Notes: generated from the sequence alone by a model not told the origin. 64,000 nucleotides of DNA from an uncultured Desulfatitalea sp. (GCA_963668675.2 CAXXMB010000001.1:1248001-1312000); one strand, 5' to 3'. Positions 32,210 through 42,257 are shown, numbered from the stretch's first letter. Translations and numbers: made by a program.

Positions 32210-32815
32210 ATGAAAATCAAATCCCTTATGGTGTCTAAGCCTATCACCGTTACAACAAGGAAAACAATTCCCCAAGCCTTGGAGTTGATGAAGCTCAACG
32301 CCATAAGACATCTGCCTGTTGTGGACAGCAAAAAAAACCTGAAGGGGCTGCTCACCCTTGCTGACCTGAAACAGGCGCTGATCCCATCCATGTTGGCGGA
32401 ATTCACTTTGTCCGACATGATGATCAAAAATCCCATTACGATATCCCCCGATAGCGATGTAGAAATTGCTGCCCAGCTAATATACAAACATAAAATCGGT
32501 GGGTTACCTGTTACTAGAGGTCAAAAACTGGTCGGTATCATTACCGACTCAGACCTGTTGCGCGCCTTCATCGATATGATGGGCATACTGTCCAGCAGCA
32601 CTCGGATTGACATCACGACCGGCGAAGGGCCGGGTGGATTGAACAAAGCGATTCAAATCATTCATGGTTTGGGGGGCGACATCATCAATGTCGGTATGAC
32701 TGCCGAACAGACGACAAAGCGCACCTACTACTTCAGATTGGCACCATGCGACACCCTTCCGATCAAAAAGGCGATGGAGGAAGGAGGCTTCACCGTTCAA
32801 ACGGTAATGGAATGA
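32210..32815 (+). CDS. CBS-pair plus ACT-like domain protein (AcuB-like)
   Basis: Two CBS repeats (IRHLPVV, IGGLPV..LVGIIT..D) followed by an ACT-like 'PGGL..AI.II...GGDII.V'. Confidence 0.8.
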   Translation: MKIKSLMVSKPITVTTRKTIPQALELMKLNAIRHLPVVDSKKNLKGLLTLADLKQALIPSMLAEFTLSDMMIKNPITISPDSDVEIAAQLIYKHKIGGLPVTRGQKLVGIITDSDLLRAFIDMMGILSSSTRIDITTGEGPGGLNKAIQIIHGLGGDIINVGMTAEQTTKRTYYFRLAPCDTLPIKKAMEEGGFTVQTVME

Positions 32816-32938
32816 GCAAATCGCCTCTCATATCCAATGTAAAAATGAGTGTCTCCCCCTTTCCGGCAGAATGCTCAAAACGCATCATCTTGTTGAGATC
32901 AATATAAATATGTTCACCACACAAATCACGAGCCACGC

Positions 32939-32966
32939 TTGACAATTCACACCATTTAGGGATAAT
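32939..32966 (+). promoter_or_regulatory. Putative sigma70 promoter
   Basis: TTGACA (32939-32944)-N16-GATAAT (32961-32966) upstream of the 33051-36481 gene run. Confidence 0.45.
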
Positions 32967-33050
32967 TTCAAAAGTTAAAGCGCGATGCGCTCGTACCTTG
33001 CCGGCCAGTAACGCCTTGATTCCTAAACATGCTCGATTTATAGCGGCAAT

Positions 33051-34013
33051 TTGATGGTGGATGTATTGATTTCTAGACGTTGGCTTTTCGCGCACTTACT
33101 ATGCACCGGCATCGTTCTGTTCGCAGGGATCATTCCCTCTTTCGCAGCATCGCTCATAGATATCCGCATCGGCGAATATGATAAATTTACCAGAATCGTA
33201 TTTGAATCAGACGCCGAACTTGCAGCCGAAGAGATCCTCTCTTCAGACCCTGGACAACTAACCGTCGTTTTCTCCGGCACCAAGCCTGCCTTCATGCGCA
33301 AAATACCTATCGATCGAAGCCCCTTCATCGATCGACTGGAGGTGAGATTCCGCAAAGACCGGCTATCGATCACTCTCTATTTCAGCAGCCGTCATGCGCG
33401 CTTTGACACTTTCGGACTCAAAGATCCGCCACGTGTGGTCCTGGATGTATTCTGGCAACCACCAGCCGGCAAATTGGTGTCAGAGAGTTTTCGTAACGAA
33501 CCGGCGGTCATCGCGGACAACAGGGATCACGAAGATAGAGGCGCCTCACGCGCATCCCAATCAACAACCGCCATTGCGCCTGGAATGTATGACCAATCGC
33601 AGCCCACCCCGCGCATCGACGGAACACAACTTTCATCGCGGGACGAGGAAGTTGTATCGGTCGAAAAGCAACAGGGGGTTGCCGATCGCCAGGAACAGAC
33701 GCGCAAAAAAACAGAGACTCGGCAACCGACGCCCCGCAACGCGTTGACCCCCACTCCATCACTTGCAGTCGGCACCCCTGATGGCAATGGCACTGTTAAT
33801 TCAGGTTGGCTTCAGTACTATCTTGTCCTTGGTCTGGTCGTCATCACCATTGGCATTCTTCTGCTGCTCGTATTCATGTTGGTGTTTAGACACCATTGGG
33901 GAGACGGAAAAAAATCCCTTAAAACAAATGAATACTTACAGTACCAGGACAAACGCATCGCCTCGATCAATGCACGCGTCCAGGAGCAAATTAAGCGTTA
34001 CGATGAGGTTTGA
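33051..34013 (+). CDS. Membrane-anchored protein with AMIN-like periplasmic domain
   Basis: N-terminal hydrophobic segment, 'IRIGEYDKFTRIVFE' and 'F.LKDPPRVVLDV' AMIN-like motifs, disordered linker, C-terminal TM helix; start uncertain. Confidence 0.55.
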   Translation: MMVDVLISRRWLFAHLLCTGIVLFAGIIPSFAASLIDIRIGEYDKFTRIVFESDAELAAEEILSSDPGQLTVVFSGTKPAFMRKIPIDRSPFIDRLEVRFRKDRLSITLYFSSRHARFDTFGLKDPPRVVLDVFWQPPAGKLVSESFRNEPAVIADNRDHEDRGASRASQSTTAIAPGMYDQSQPTPRIDGTQLSSRDEEVVSVEKQQGVADRQEQTRKKTETRQPTPRNALTPTPSLAVGTPDGNGTVNSGWLQYYLVLGLVVITIGILLLLVFMLVFRHHWGDGKKSLKTNEYLQYQDKRIASINARVQEQIKRYDEV

Positions 34014-34019
34014 TAAGGG

Positions 34020-34322
34020 ATGGGAGAACAGCGTTTCGCATTAAACATGGGGCTCTCCGAAGAGGAGCGGCGCGATCTGGAAAAAATGATCGGCGAATTC
34101 CAGCAGGCGCGGCCCCATGCAGAGATGGACATCGATTCTCTTCAGAATCAGATAGAAGAGATGAACAAAAGGATGGCCTATCTGACCAATATGTTCCTGA
34201 CCATCGATCGCCGAATGAAGCCACTGTACGAGATCATACGATTGACATTTGAAAAAAGTGAAATTCTAAACCAACGGATCAATGCTATCATAGACGCCAT
34301 ACGAACCGGAGAGCCGCTGTGA
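34020..34322 (+). CDS. Hypothetical coiled-coil protein
   Basis: 100-aa ORF with heptad pattern, tightly packed between co-oriented neighbours. Confidence 0.6.
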   Translation: MGEQRFALNMGLSEEERRDLEKMIGEFQQARPHAEMDIDSLQNQIEEMNKRMAYLTNMFLTIDRRMKPLYEIIRLTFEKSEILNQRINAIIDAIRTGEPL

Positions 34323-35509
34323 CCATGAAAACGCCTCATACTCTTCCCACGGACCACCAGTTCAGTATCATGCAACGAATACTCGATGGCACCCTCGCCA
34401 TCGAATCGCCCGAAGAATTCGATGACATATTGAAAATTTATACGGACGATCCGTTCCTGCATCGGAAGTACGCTGACCTTTTAAATGACCTTAACCGGCC
34501 GGGGGATGCGATCGATATGTATGAAAAGGCCGCATCGCTTTTCATCGAACGCGGCATGAACCTTCAGGCCATCGTGGCAAAAATACTGCAATGGAGCATC
34601 CAAAAACCCACGCACGAACAAGGACGCGCATTCCATTCGTTGCTGAGCCGCACGGGAGGCAACGAGACACCGCTGCAGCGCTTTTGGGCAGGGATGAGCT
34701 ATGCGGAACTCATCGCCGTAATGAGAAGGATGGTACGGGTAAAGGAGCACACCGGCAAGCGAATCATTCAGATCGATCAGGTCGATGATGATGTCTATTT
34801 TGTTGTGTCCGGTTTCCTGGCCGAGATGCCATCGCCGGAGTGTGAGGCCGAAGCACGTATAACTGGCATCGAAATCGAACCCAAACTGTTGGGCCCGAAT
34901 GATATCTTCGGCACTATTTTCCCCTTGGATCGCCAGTGCACCGCAGAGACGGAGATCCGGTCAGCCTCAGATGTCGAGCTTGTCAAAATCACCAAACAAG
35001 TACTTCGCAATGCTTGCAGCAAATACCCCAACATCGAGAGTCTACTGCAAACCCTGCACAAATCCGACACCCGGACCATGTGTGACAGGGCCTGGCAGAC
35101 GGTGCGGCGGGCAATGCGATATGGCCTGCCGACCAAGGTAGAAATCAACTGTCCGGCGCTCTCCTCCGATCAAAAGGAGGTCGATCTCACAGGAATCGCC
35201 TTAGATATTTCGATTGGCGGCATAAGTGTCGATCTGGAAGAACAAGGTCCTGCAGGACCAAAACTGGATTTAAAGGGACGACTGGCTCAAATCAAACTCG
35301 ATCTACTCAACAAGGTGGCCGTACTGAACCTCTCCGGCAAAATTGTCTGGCAACGCCAGCAGCGTAAGCCCAACGGGGCGTCTCACCTGATCGGAATACG
35401 GTTTGACACCTTGAATACAATGGATCAACAGATGTTGCTGGAGTATTGCTCGGGCAGTGTAGGTGAACAGAACTTATTGTGGAGTCTATGGGACACGATG
35501 GTCAAATAG
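34319..35509 (+). CDS. TPR-like / cNMP-binding-like / PilZ domain protein
   Basis: 'VYFVVSG...LGPNDIFG' cNMP fold; PilZ motifs RRAMR and DISIGG. Confidence 0.75.
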   Translation: MTMKTPHTLPTDHQFSIMQRILDGTLAIESPEEFDDILKIYTDDPFLHRKYADLLNDLNRPGDAIDMYEKAASLFIERGMNLQAIVAKILQWSIQKPTHEQGRAFHSLLSRTGGNETPLQRFWAGMSYAELIAVMRRMVRVKEHTGKRIIQIDQVDDDVYFVVSGFLAEMPSPECEAEARITGIEIEPKLLGPNDIFGTIFPLDRQCTAETEIRSASDVELVKITKQVLRNACSKYPNIESLLQTLHKSDTRTMCDRAWQTVRRAMRYGLPTKVEINCPALSSDQKEVDLTGIALDISIGGISVDLEEQGPAGPKLDLKGRLAQIKLDLLNKVAVLNLSGKIVWQRQQRKPNGASHLIGIRFDTLNTMDQQMLLEYCSGSVGEQNLLWSLWDTMVK

Positions 35510-35542
35510 GTCATAGCCCCTCTATCTGACGGAAGGATTCAC

Positions 35543-36481
35543 GTGATTTCTCAAGTGCAGCAGAAAACGACTCGTAAGCCCACGATATGGGCCATCGGCG
35601 GTGGTAAAGGTGGCGTCGGCAAAAGTGTAGTCAGTGTACTATTGGCTATGGCCCTGGCCAATCGTCAGCAGAAAACCGTGTTGGTGGATACGGACCTGGG
35701 AGGTGCAAACCTCCACACGTTGCTAGGGATTAAAACGCCCGTACGAACGCTAAATGATTTCGTCACCCGAAAATACAATAAGATAGAAGATATCTGCATA
35801 CAAAGCCAAGTGAGGTACCTCGAGCTGGTATGCGGCGCAAGTGAAATTCTCTCTCTTGCCAATCCTCAATATGCCCAAAAAACGAAAATACTACAGAGTG
35901 TCACCAATCTTTCGGCTGACCATGTCATTTTGGATCTGGGCGCCGGCACCTCCTACAATGTCCTTGATTTCTTTTTAATTGCCGACCATCCCATTGTGGT
36001 ACTGACGCCGCAGCCTATTTCAATTCAAAACGCCTATGCCTTCGTTCGCAATACAGTTTATCGCAAGCTCAGCAGGGTGACCCATCAAAAAGCGTCCCTG
36101 CAGGAAATCATAAAAACGGCCATGGATCCAAAAAATAAAGACCAGATGAGAACCTTTCGGGATCTGCAGCAGGCGGTTCGCAAATCTCACGGCGCAAAGA
36201 TTGCTAGTCAGCTATCCAGCGCCATCAGTACTATCAGGCCACTTTTGATTACCAATATGGCGAAGGACCAACGGGACAACAATGCAGGCAAAATCATAAA
36301 ACTGGTGGCAGAAAAATACCTGACCGTCGAATCCACCGAACTGGGCAGTATCGATTACGATATGCTCATCGACAAGATGATATCCCAGATGATGCCTCTG
36401 TCCGAACTGCCTTCAACCAGCAAGGCGATGGCCGACGCCGATGCGATCATCAGCACGTTGACAAATCAACCACAGCAGTAA
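35543..36481 (+). CDS. MinD/FlhG-family P-loop ATPase
   Basis: GGKGGVGKS, DTDLGGANLH and LDLGAGTS; GTG start. Confidence 0.85.
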   Translation: MISQVQQKTTRKPTIWAIGGGKGGVGKSVVSVLLAMALANRQQKTVLVDTDLGGANLHTLLGIKTPVRTLNDFVTRKYNKIEDICIQSQVRYLELVCGASEILSLANPQYAQKTKILQSVTNLSADHVILDLGAGTSYNVLDFFLIADHPIVVLTPQPISIQNAYAFVRNTVYRKLSRVTHQKASLQEIIKTAMDPKNKDQMRTFRDLQQAVRKSHGAKIASQLSSAISTIRPLLITNMAKDQRDNNAGKIIKLVAEKYLTVESTELGSIDYDMLIDKMISQMMPLSELPSTSKAMADADAIISTLTNQPQQ

Positions 36482-36483
36482 GC

Positions 36484-37077
36484 TCAATAGATTTTGTTGA
36501 TCAAAGAGTCCAGAATCTCGCGCTGGTAGTGGGTTATCTTCTCATATTGAACACCGATCCCATCCGGATAAACTTGGGTAACGCGTCCCCTCACCTTAAA
36601 CGGCAGCGGCTCATCGGAGTTCGAAAGTGTAAAACACAAGGCCACCGCCTGCCCCTCTTTAAAACCCACTGCCGTTTCGATAAAAACGCCATTGGCGCTG
36701 ATGTCTCGAATATAGCTTCGGTACGCTTTGCCCTGAGCAGCAAAATCAACCAACAGATAGCATGCCAGGCGAGGATAAGCTCTCACCCAATTGTAGGCAG
36801 GATCTTCCAGCCCCCTCAATCGACTTAAAATAGTATCTTTATCCAGCTGACTGATCAGCACGAAAATTCTGGCCAATACCATCTGCCTTTTAATGGCCTC
36901 ACTTTTTTCTGCGGTTAGGTCGTCGCCTCGGGAATTGGATATGACGGGTGCCGTATCCGGATTCTGATCCAGTGTTTCCAGCAACAGTTGCAACTGTTCA
37001 TCTTTCATCCTGTAGACCGAGACGGCCAGCCGCATGAACAGTGTGTGCTTTTCGATCTGGTTGACTGAATAGGCCAT
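36484..37077 (-). CDS. PilZ domain protein
   Basis: RAYPR (RxxxR), DISANG (DxSxxG) and GIGVQY. Confidence 0.8.
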   Translation of the reverse strand: MAYSVNQIEKHTLFMRLAVSVYRMKDEQLQLLLETLDQNPDTAPVISNSRGDDLTAEKSEAIKRQMVLARIFVLISQLDKDTILSRLRGLEDPAYNWVRAYPRLACYLLVDFAAQGKAYRSYIRDISANGVFIETAVGFKEGQAVALCFTLSNSDEPLPFKVRGRVTQVYPDGIGVQYEKITHYQREILDSLINKIY

Positions 37078-37398
37078 GGTGTTGCTCCTTTTTCCCGCGA
37101 ACCGTATATTAAGATAACCAAGTGTAAAGTGAAATTGAGGCTACTGTTATTAGGATTGGCGGCAATGCGGCCGTCACTTCCATCGTATCTTTAAACATCA
37201 AAGCTCAAGGTCCGACGCTCCGATCGATTTGGCATGGAATGCCATTATACAGGAATAATACGGCCGTGAAGGTATGGTGGTTACAATTTTCCTTGCGACA
37301 TCATATTTTTTTCTATATCGCACACTTGCACCTAAAATCAAGTGTGGCATTCCATAAGGCCGAATTATCATGCAAGACCCCTTCAGATCTCTTTTTAT

Positions 37399-37427
37399 TT
37401 GACACAAATGCCTCAATTCTTTATACT
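37399..37427 (+). promoter_or_regulatory. Near-consensus sigma70 promoter for mglBA
   Basis: TTGACA (37399-37404)-N17-TATACT (37422-37427). Confidence 0.75.
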
Positions 37428-37639
37428 TCGTTGAACTAAAAGGGTATTCTGTTCGCTAGATTTAAAACAATGAATGGACACGAGCTGATCGCTACTGTAG
37501 AGTTCCAACTCAATGGTGACGGGGCAGTACGGAATCATGCTGCTTCGGCGGTAAAATAATCGGTCCATTAACGTGGTGAGTGCTCTGGATACCCACGAGT
37601 CGTTAAAAAGGTCAACATATCCCTAAAGGAGGAAGATCA

Positions 37640-38044
37640 TTGTCCTATATACTTGATCAAGAACAGCTGGATGGCATCGAAGAGGTCTTGCAAAAGGACT
37701 TGATGGACCTTGGTCTGAAGTGTGTTATTCTCATCGATATGGCCGGCAACATCATCGCCAACCTTGACAATGGTCAGGTTGGTCACGATGTCTACTCCCT
37801 TGCTGCACTGGCTGCCGGGAACTTTGGAGCGGTCTGCGCCATGGCGGCCATCATCGGCGAAGATGATTTCGCGCTTCTTTTTCACAAAGGCAAAAGCGAG
37901 AACATCCATTTCAGCAAAGTGATGGACGATTTCTTGTTGGTGACCATTTTTGGGAACGACGTCTCGTTGGGCTATTTGCGTCTAAAGGTCGATGAATCGA
38001 TCGGAAAAATCAGTAAAATTTTCGAAACGACCAAGAAGATATAG
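37640..38044 (+). CDS. mglB: Roadblock/LC7 protein MglB (GAP)
   Basis: 'SLAALAAGNFGA...F.LLFHKG..ENIHFS' and 'SLGYLRL'; AAGGAGG plus TTG start; directly upstream of mglA. Confidence 0.8.
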   Translation: MSYILDQEQLDGIEEVLQKDLMDLGLKCVILIDMAGNIIANLDNGQVGHDVYSLAALAAGNFGAVCAMAAIIGEDDFALLFHKGKSENIHFSKVMDDFLLVTIFGNDVSLGYLRLKVDESIGKISKIFETTKKI

Positions 38045-38107
38045 ACGCATTTCCTCAATCCGTTTTGGAATTGATTCGGCAGCTAACCCAAAGGCGAGGA
38101 TGCCCGC

Positions 38108-38716
38108 GTGGCGGTTATTAATATTCGCAAAAGTGAAGTTCAGGTCAAGATCGTATACGTGGGGCCGGGTCGCGGGGGTAAAACCACCAACTTAGATTTT
38201 ATCTTTGCCAATATCCGGCATCGGATCCAATCGGATATGGTCAGTATAAAAACACATGGGGACAGAACCTTGTTCTTTGATTTTCTTCCATTTGAGCTGG
38301 GACAGATCCAGGGCTATAAAATCAAGACGCAGCTCTACACGGTGCCGGGGCAGGTCAAATACAACGCCACACGCAAGCTGGTTCTCAAAGGTGTCGATGG
38401 CATCGTGTTTGTTGCCGATTCCATGGAGGTGATGCGAGAGAAGAATATCCTCGCTCTAGAGAATTTAAAGGAGAATCTGGCCTTCTACGACATCGATATA
38501 TATGACAATTTCCCTATTGTTCTACAGTACAACAAGCGTGACCTATCAAGTGAGGGTATCGCCTTGCTCGACTTAGAAACGATGCAAAAAGACTTGAATT
38601 CGGACCTGAATGCCCCCTACTTCGAAGCCAGCGCCCTCAAGGGGCACAATGTGATCCCAACGGTAAAAAAGGCAATTTCTTTAACAATTGTATCTCTCCA
38701 GGATCATTTAGCATAG
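38108..38716 (+). CDS. mglA: Small Ras-like GTPase MglA
   Basis: KIVYVGPG.GGKTTN, DRTLFFDFLP, LYTVPGQV.YNATRKLVLKGVDG and NKRD. Confidence 0.9.
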   Translation: MAVINIRKSEVQVKIVYVGPGRGGKTTNLDFIFANIRHRIQSDMVSIKTHGDRTLFFDFLPFELGQIQGYKIKTQLYTVPGQVKYNATRKLVLKGVDGIVFVADSMEVMREKNILALENLKENLAFYDIDIYDNFPIVLQYNKRDLSSEGIALLDLETMQKDLNSDLNAPYFEASALKGHNVIPTVKKAISLTIVSLQDHLA

Positions 38717-38726
38717 GAGGTCGGTA

Positions 38727-39368
38727 TTGGAGAACAAAAAGAAATCAAAACTGGTGAACGATATCGAGAACAGCTTGGATGATTTTTTTGGGGAGCAAGA
38801 CCAAGAGGCCCCGATGGATACTCCAGATACCACCCAATCCCTGGAAAAGCTCAAGTCTGCCGTGCTCTCCATTGATTGGGAAATTACGGATAAGTGCCTG
38901 GCCGATCTAATTAATGAGACCGATGCTCTTCTTCCGGTTTACCAAAACGAGCAGACGACACATGCCCTGCTGCGCATGCTCCGTGCCTTGGCACGCTATA
39001 TCCAGAAACGCAAAGCGCAGGCCCACCAGGACGCCATAAAGAGAGTGATGTCTGTCTTCGCAAGCATCGAATCCCTGATTGGTGACAGACAAATCGATGA
39101 GGCCAACAAGAAACGGCTTGTTGCCAAAGAGATATTGGCGTTTAAAAAGCTCAAAGAGCAGGTGGAGGTTCAGCGAAAGGTCGTATCTGCACCTGCTGAT
39201 AAGACGAATGAAACCCTCAAGCAGCCCGATGTCTCTTCCCTACTCGATAACCAGGATTTCAAAAAAGCAATGAACGAGGTGGAAGAGCGTCTGAATGCGC
39301 AGGTGAAAGAGCTGAAATCGCAATTGGGCGATTTGCAGAAAGAGCTGGACCTTTTGCGCAAAGGATAA
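38727..39368 (+). CDS. Hypothetical helical/coiled-coil protein co-oriented with mglBA
   Basis: AGGAGG plus TTG start 10 nt after mglA; 'LKSAVLSIDWEITD' segment and C-terminal coiled coil. Confidence 0.7.
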   Translation: MENKKKSKLVNDIENSLDDFFGEQDQEAPMDTPDTTQSLEKLKSAVLSIDWEITDKCLADLINETDALLPVYQNEQTTHALLRMLRALARYIQKRKAQAHQDAIKRVMSVFASIESLIGDRQIDEANKKRLVAKEILAFKKLKEQVEVQRKVVSAPADKTNETLKQPDVSSLLDNQDFKKAMNEVEERLNAQVKELKSQLGDLQKELDLLRKG

Positions 39369-39431
39369 GGACCAGGCGCTCTCGTAAAGCGAGATGAATG
39401 TGGCCTTTACGGTACATCCAAAAATACATCC

Positions 39432-39475
39432 AAAAAGACGATGGCCGCTTCTGCGTAAGGCGGCCATCGCCTTTT
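39432..39475. terminator. Bidirectional intrinsic terminator
   Basis: AAAAG-a-CGATGGCCGC...GCGGCCATCG-c-CTTTT between convergent operons. Confidence 0.75.
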
Positions 39476-39540
39476 AGATAAACGTCAGCAGCAATTCATC
39501 GATTCAGGGAAGTGCGGCTCAGGCCATCCATTCCCATGGT

Positions 39541-40590
39541 CTACTCCCGCCCTTTTAAAATCGAATCGAAATCATGGACATCTGTCACGTCAGCCCCTTT
39601 TGCAAAGCGATCCTCTACCAACCCCTCGACGTTTTCATCTTCACTTAATCCGAAATGAACCATCATCTGGGCCAATTTACCCAACTCCTCTTCCCTGGGC
39701 AGGAAGCGGTCGTAAACGATCCGATTTTGCGGTGTGGTCAATGCATACCGGACCAACTCTGCCGGCTGTCCCCAGTATTCAGATGCGATCTGTGCGGCCC
39801 GGGTTGTATTCAATTTTGCCCAAAAACCTGAGCGGGCAGCACCTTCTACAAGCGATTGAACCCGATCCGGATAGTCATCGATATACGATTTTTTAACCAG
39901 CAGTAGATTGCAAATAAATTCGGGCCAGACCTCTTCCACGTAAAAGAGCAGTTCACTTGTACCGGATTTCAATGTCTGGGCGGCAAAGGGCTCGCCGACG
40001 AAATAAGCGTCTAATGCGCCGGAAGCGAGGGCCGAGGCCATATCCGGAGGATTCATCTCCACAATATCGATTTCCTGCTCGATTCCGGCTTCGGCGGCCA
40101 TTTGCAGCAGGGCGATGTTGTGCCCCGAATAGCGCATCGGCACGGCAATCGTTCGTCCGATCAAATCTGTCAGGGATGAGGCCGCCAACTCTTTTCGAAC
40201 AACCAAGGTGCTTTCATGCCGATTGCCGATATAAACAACTCGAACATCCGCACCCTGTTGATGCAAAACGATAGAAAGCGGTGCAATGATAAACGCTGCA
40301 TCTATCTCTCTGTTGCGCAAGGCTTCTGCCATCTCCGCGAAAGAGGCAAACTTGATGGCCTTGAAGCGTATGCCAACATCCGTATTTGAACTGGCAGCAT
40401 CGAGGATTGGCGCTGCTAAATTGGTGATGACAGGCATGTACCCCATCTTCAGCACGGTCCGTTCTTCCCGGTCCGTATTAAGATAGAGGTGTGCAGCGGT
40501 AATCGCCAGCAACCACACCAAGGCAAAAAAACCAACCCGTACAGGGTAGGAGCGCCATGCTTTCCGAATGGATGCATCTCTAAACGGCAT
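39541..40590 (-). CDS. NitT/TauT-type ABC transporter substrate-binding protein
   Basis: N-terminal TM anchor, 'LKMGYMPV', 'GRTIAVP...SGHN' and 'MASALASGALDAYFVGEPF'. Confidence 0.8.
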   Translation of the reverse strand: MPFRDASIRKAWRSYPVRVGFFALVWLLAITAAHLYLNTDREERTVLKMGYMPVITNLAAPILDAASSNTDVGIRFKAIKFASFAEMAEALRNREIDAAFIIAPLSIVLHQQGADVRVVYIGNRHESTLVVRKELAASSLTDLIGRTIAVPMRYSGHNIALLQMAAEAGIEQEIDIVEMNPPDMASALASGALDAYFVGEPFAAQTLKSGTSELLFYVEEVWPEFICNLLLVKKSYIDDYPDRVQSLVEGAARSGFWAKLNTTRAAQIASEYWGQPAELVRYALTTPQNRIVYDRFLPREEELGKLAQMMVHFGLSEDENVEGLVEDRFAKGADVTDVHDFDSILKGRE

Positions 40591-41377
40591 ATGGCACCCC
40601 CAACATCAGAAAAATCTCACTTCGCAGACGGCTCAACTCCTGATCTCTCTCAAAATCTCTCGGGCGCGGGAAATCGAGCTTGTGGGTAAGCTTGATAGCC
40701 GATGGTCTCCCGCTGAGAACGACAATTCGATCTCCCATGATCAGGGCATCGTCGATATCGTGGGTGACAACCAGGGTGGTCTTTCGTATAAACTCATGCA
40801 TATTGACCACCTCTTCACGCATTTTCATGTGGGTCAAAAAGTCCAAACCACTGAAGGGTTCGTCCATGATCAAGAGGTTGGGATTAACGGCAATGGCTCT
40901 TGCCAACTCAGCACGCCGCTGCATGCCACCGGACAACTGATGCGGATAGTACTCTTCGAAACCCTCCAATTCCACAATTTCAATGTACTCCTGGATCCGC
41001 TCTTTTTTCTGATGCTCATCTTTCAGATTACGAAGGGAAAGCCCCACGTTCTCGGATACGGTTAACCATGGGAAGAGACCACTGTGCTGAAAAACAAAGA
41101 TCGACTGATCCGAAGGCCCCCTCACCTTCTGACCCGATACGACCACCGAGCCATAGGTAGGTTGTTCGAATCCGGCAATAATGCGCAGCAGAGTGGACTT
41201 GCCGCACCCTGAGGGCCCCAGGATGCAGACCATTTCGCCCTCTTCGAAAGCCATGCTGATATTGTTGAGTACCAGCACGTTGTCACCGGACTGTTCCACA
41301 GGATCATAGATGCTGCGGGGCTTACTACGCCGCCCCATGTATATCTTAGTAAGGTTATCTATTTGAATGTAGCTCAT
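40580..41377 (-). CDS. NitT/TauT-type ABC transporter ATP-binding protein
   Basis: GPSGCGKST, YPHQLSGGMQRR, LIMDEPF and VTHD. Confidence 0.92.
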   Translation of the reverse strand: MSYIQIDNLTKIYMGRRSKPRSIYDPVEQSGDNVLVLNNISMAFEEGEMVCILGPSGCGKSTLLRIIAGFEQPTYGSVVVSGQKVRGPSDQSIFVFQHSGLFPWLTVSENVGLSLRNLKDEHQKKERIQEYIEIVELEGFEEYYPHQLSGGMQRRAELARAIAVNPNLLIMDEPFSGLDFLTHMKMREEVVNMHEFIRKTTLVVTHDIDDALIMGDRIVVLSGRPSAIKLTHKLDFPRPRDFERDQELSRLRSEIFLMLGVPYAV

Positions 41378-41435
41378 GTTGCCGATACCGCTTCCGAATT
41401 TGTTGGATAGAGCACTGCCCCAAAAAAGAGGCCGT

Positions 41436-42257
41436 CTAACGCGCCTTGACCCCCCAGCTTGCCGACTCTATGTTTCCCAATTTACGCATCAATGCATCCA
41501 GAACAATTCCGATCAAGCCGATAACGATCATCCCATCCATCACATAGTCCATGCGCAATGCATTGCGTGCATCAAGGATCAGGTACCCCAATCCCGATTG
41601 AACGGCGATCATCTCCGCCGCCACAACAACAAGCCATGCGATGGTGATGGTCAGACGCAATGCTGTCACAACCTCGGGGATGATGGCGGGCAGAATCAAC
41701 GTAGTGATCATCTCCGAGCGCTTGAACTTGAGGTTGGCAGCGACTTGGAAAAAGGTCGGATTGATATTATTGACGGCGATGGTTGTTGAAACCACCATCG
41801 GGAAAAAACTCGAGAGAAATATAAGGAAAATGGCAGGTGGGTCGCCGATACCGAACCAGAGCATGGCCAGAGGAATCCACGCGAGGGGTGAAATGGGCCT
41901 TAAAAACTGAATAACGGGGTTCAGAAAAGATCTCACCAGCCATATCCTGCCTAGCAAAATGCCGAGCGGCACACCGAGTAAAACAGCCAGGTAAAAGCCG
42001 GCTGTAACACGGAAGAGGCTTGCGACCGTATGACGAACCAGCGTGCCTTCGCTCAGCAGTTGCCACATGCTTACCACTACGGTTAGCAAATCAGGAAAAA
42101 TGTGCGAACTCCATCCGCTGCACCGCGCCAGCACTTCCCACACGATGGCAATCAATACAAAGGCCAACAACCCGAGCCATAACGGCCTTCTGCTTTGCTC
42201 TGACAGGCGTCCCTCAAGCTGTCCCTGTTCGCTGGGTTCGAACTTCATAGGCTTCAT
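41436..42257 (-). CDS. NitT/TauT-type ABC transporter permease
   Basis: 'ASLFRV', 'LRPISPLAWIPL..LWFGIG' and 'W.VVVAAEMI....GLGY'. Confidence 0.9.
   Translation of the reverse strand: MKPMKFEPSEQGQLEGRLSEQSRRPLWLGLLAFVLIAIVWEVLARCSGWSSHIFPDLLTVVVSMWQLLSEGTLVRHTVASLFRVTAGFYLAVLLGVPLGILLGRIWLVRSFLNPVIQFLRPISPLAWIPLAMLWFGIGDPPAIFLIFLSSFFPMVVSTTIAVNNINPTFFQVAANLKFKRSEMITTLILPAIIPEVVTALRLTITIAWLVVVAAEMIAVQSGLGYLILDARNALRMDYVMDGMIVIGLIGIVLDALMRKLGNIESASWGVKAR

Noticed and set aside
37470..37559. 29-codon ORF (MNGHELIATVEF...) in the mglB leader
   Set aside because: No Shine-Dalgarno sequence and no telling composition; insufficient support as a leader peptide.
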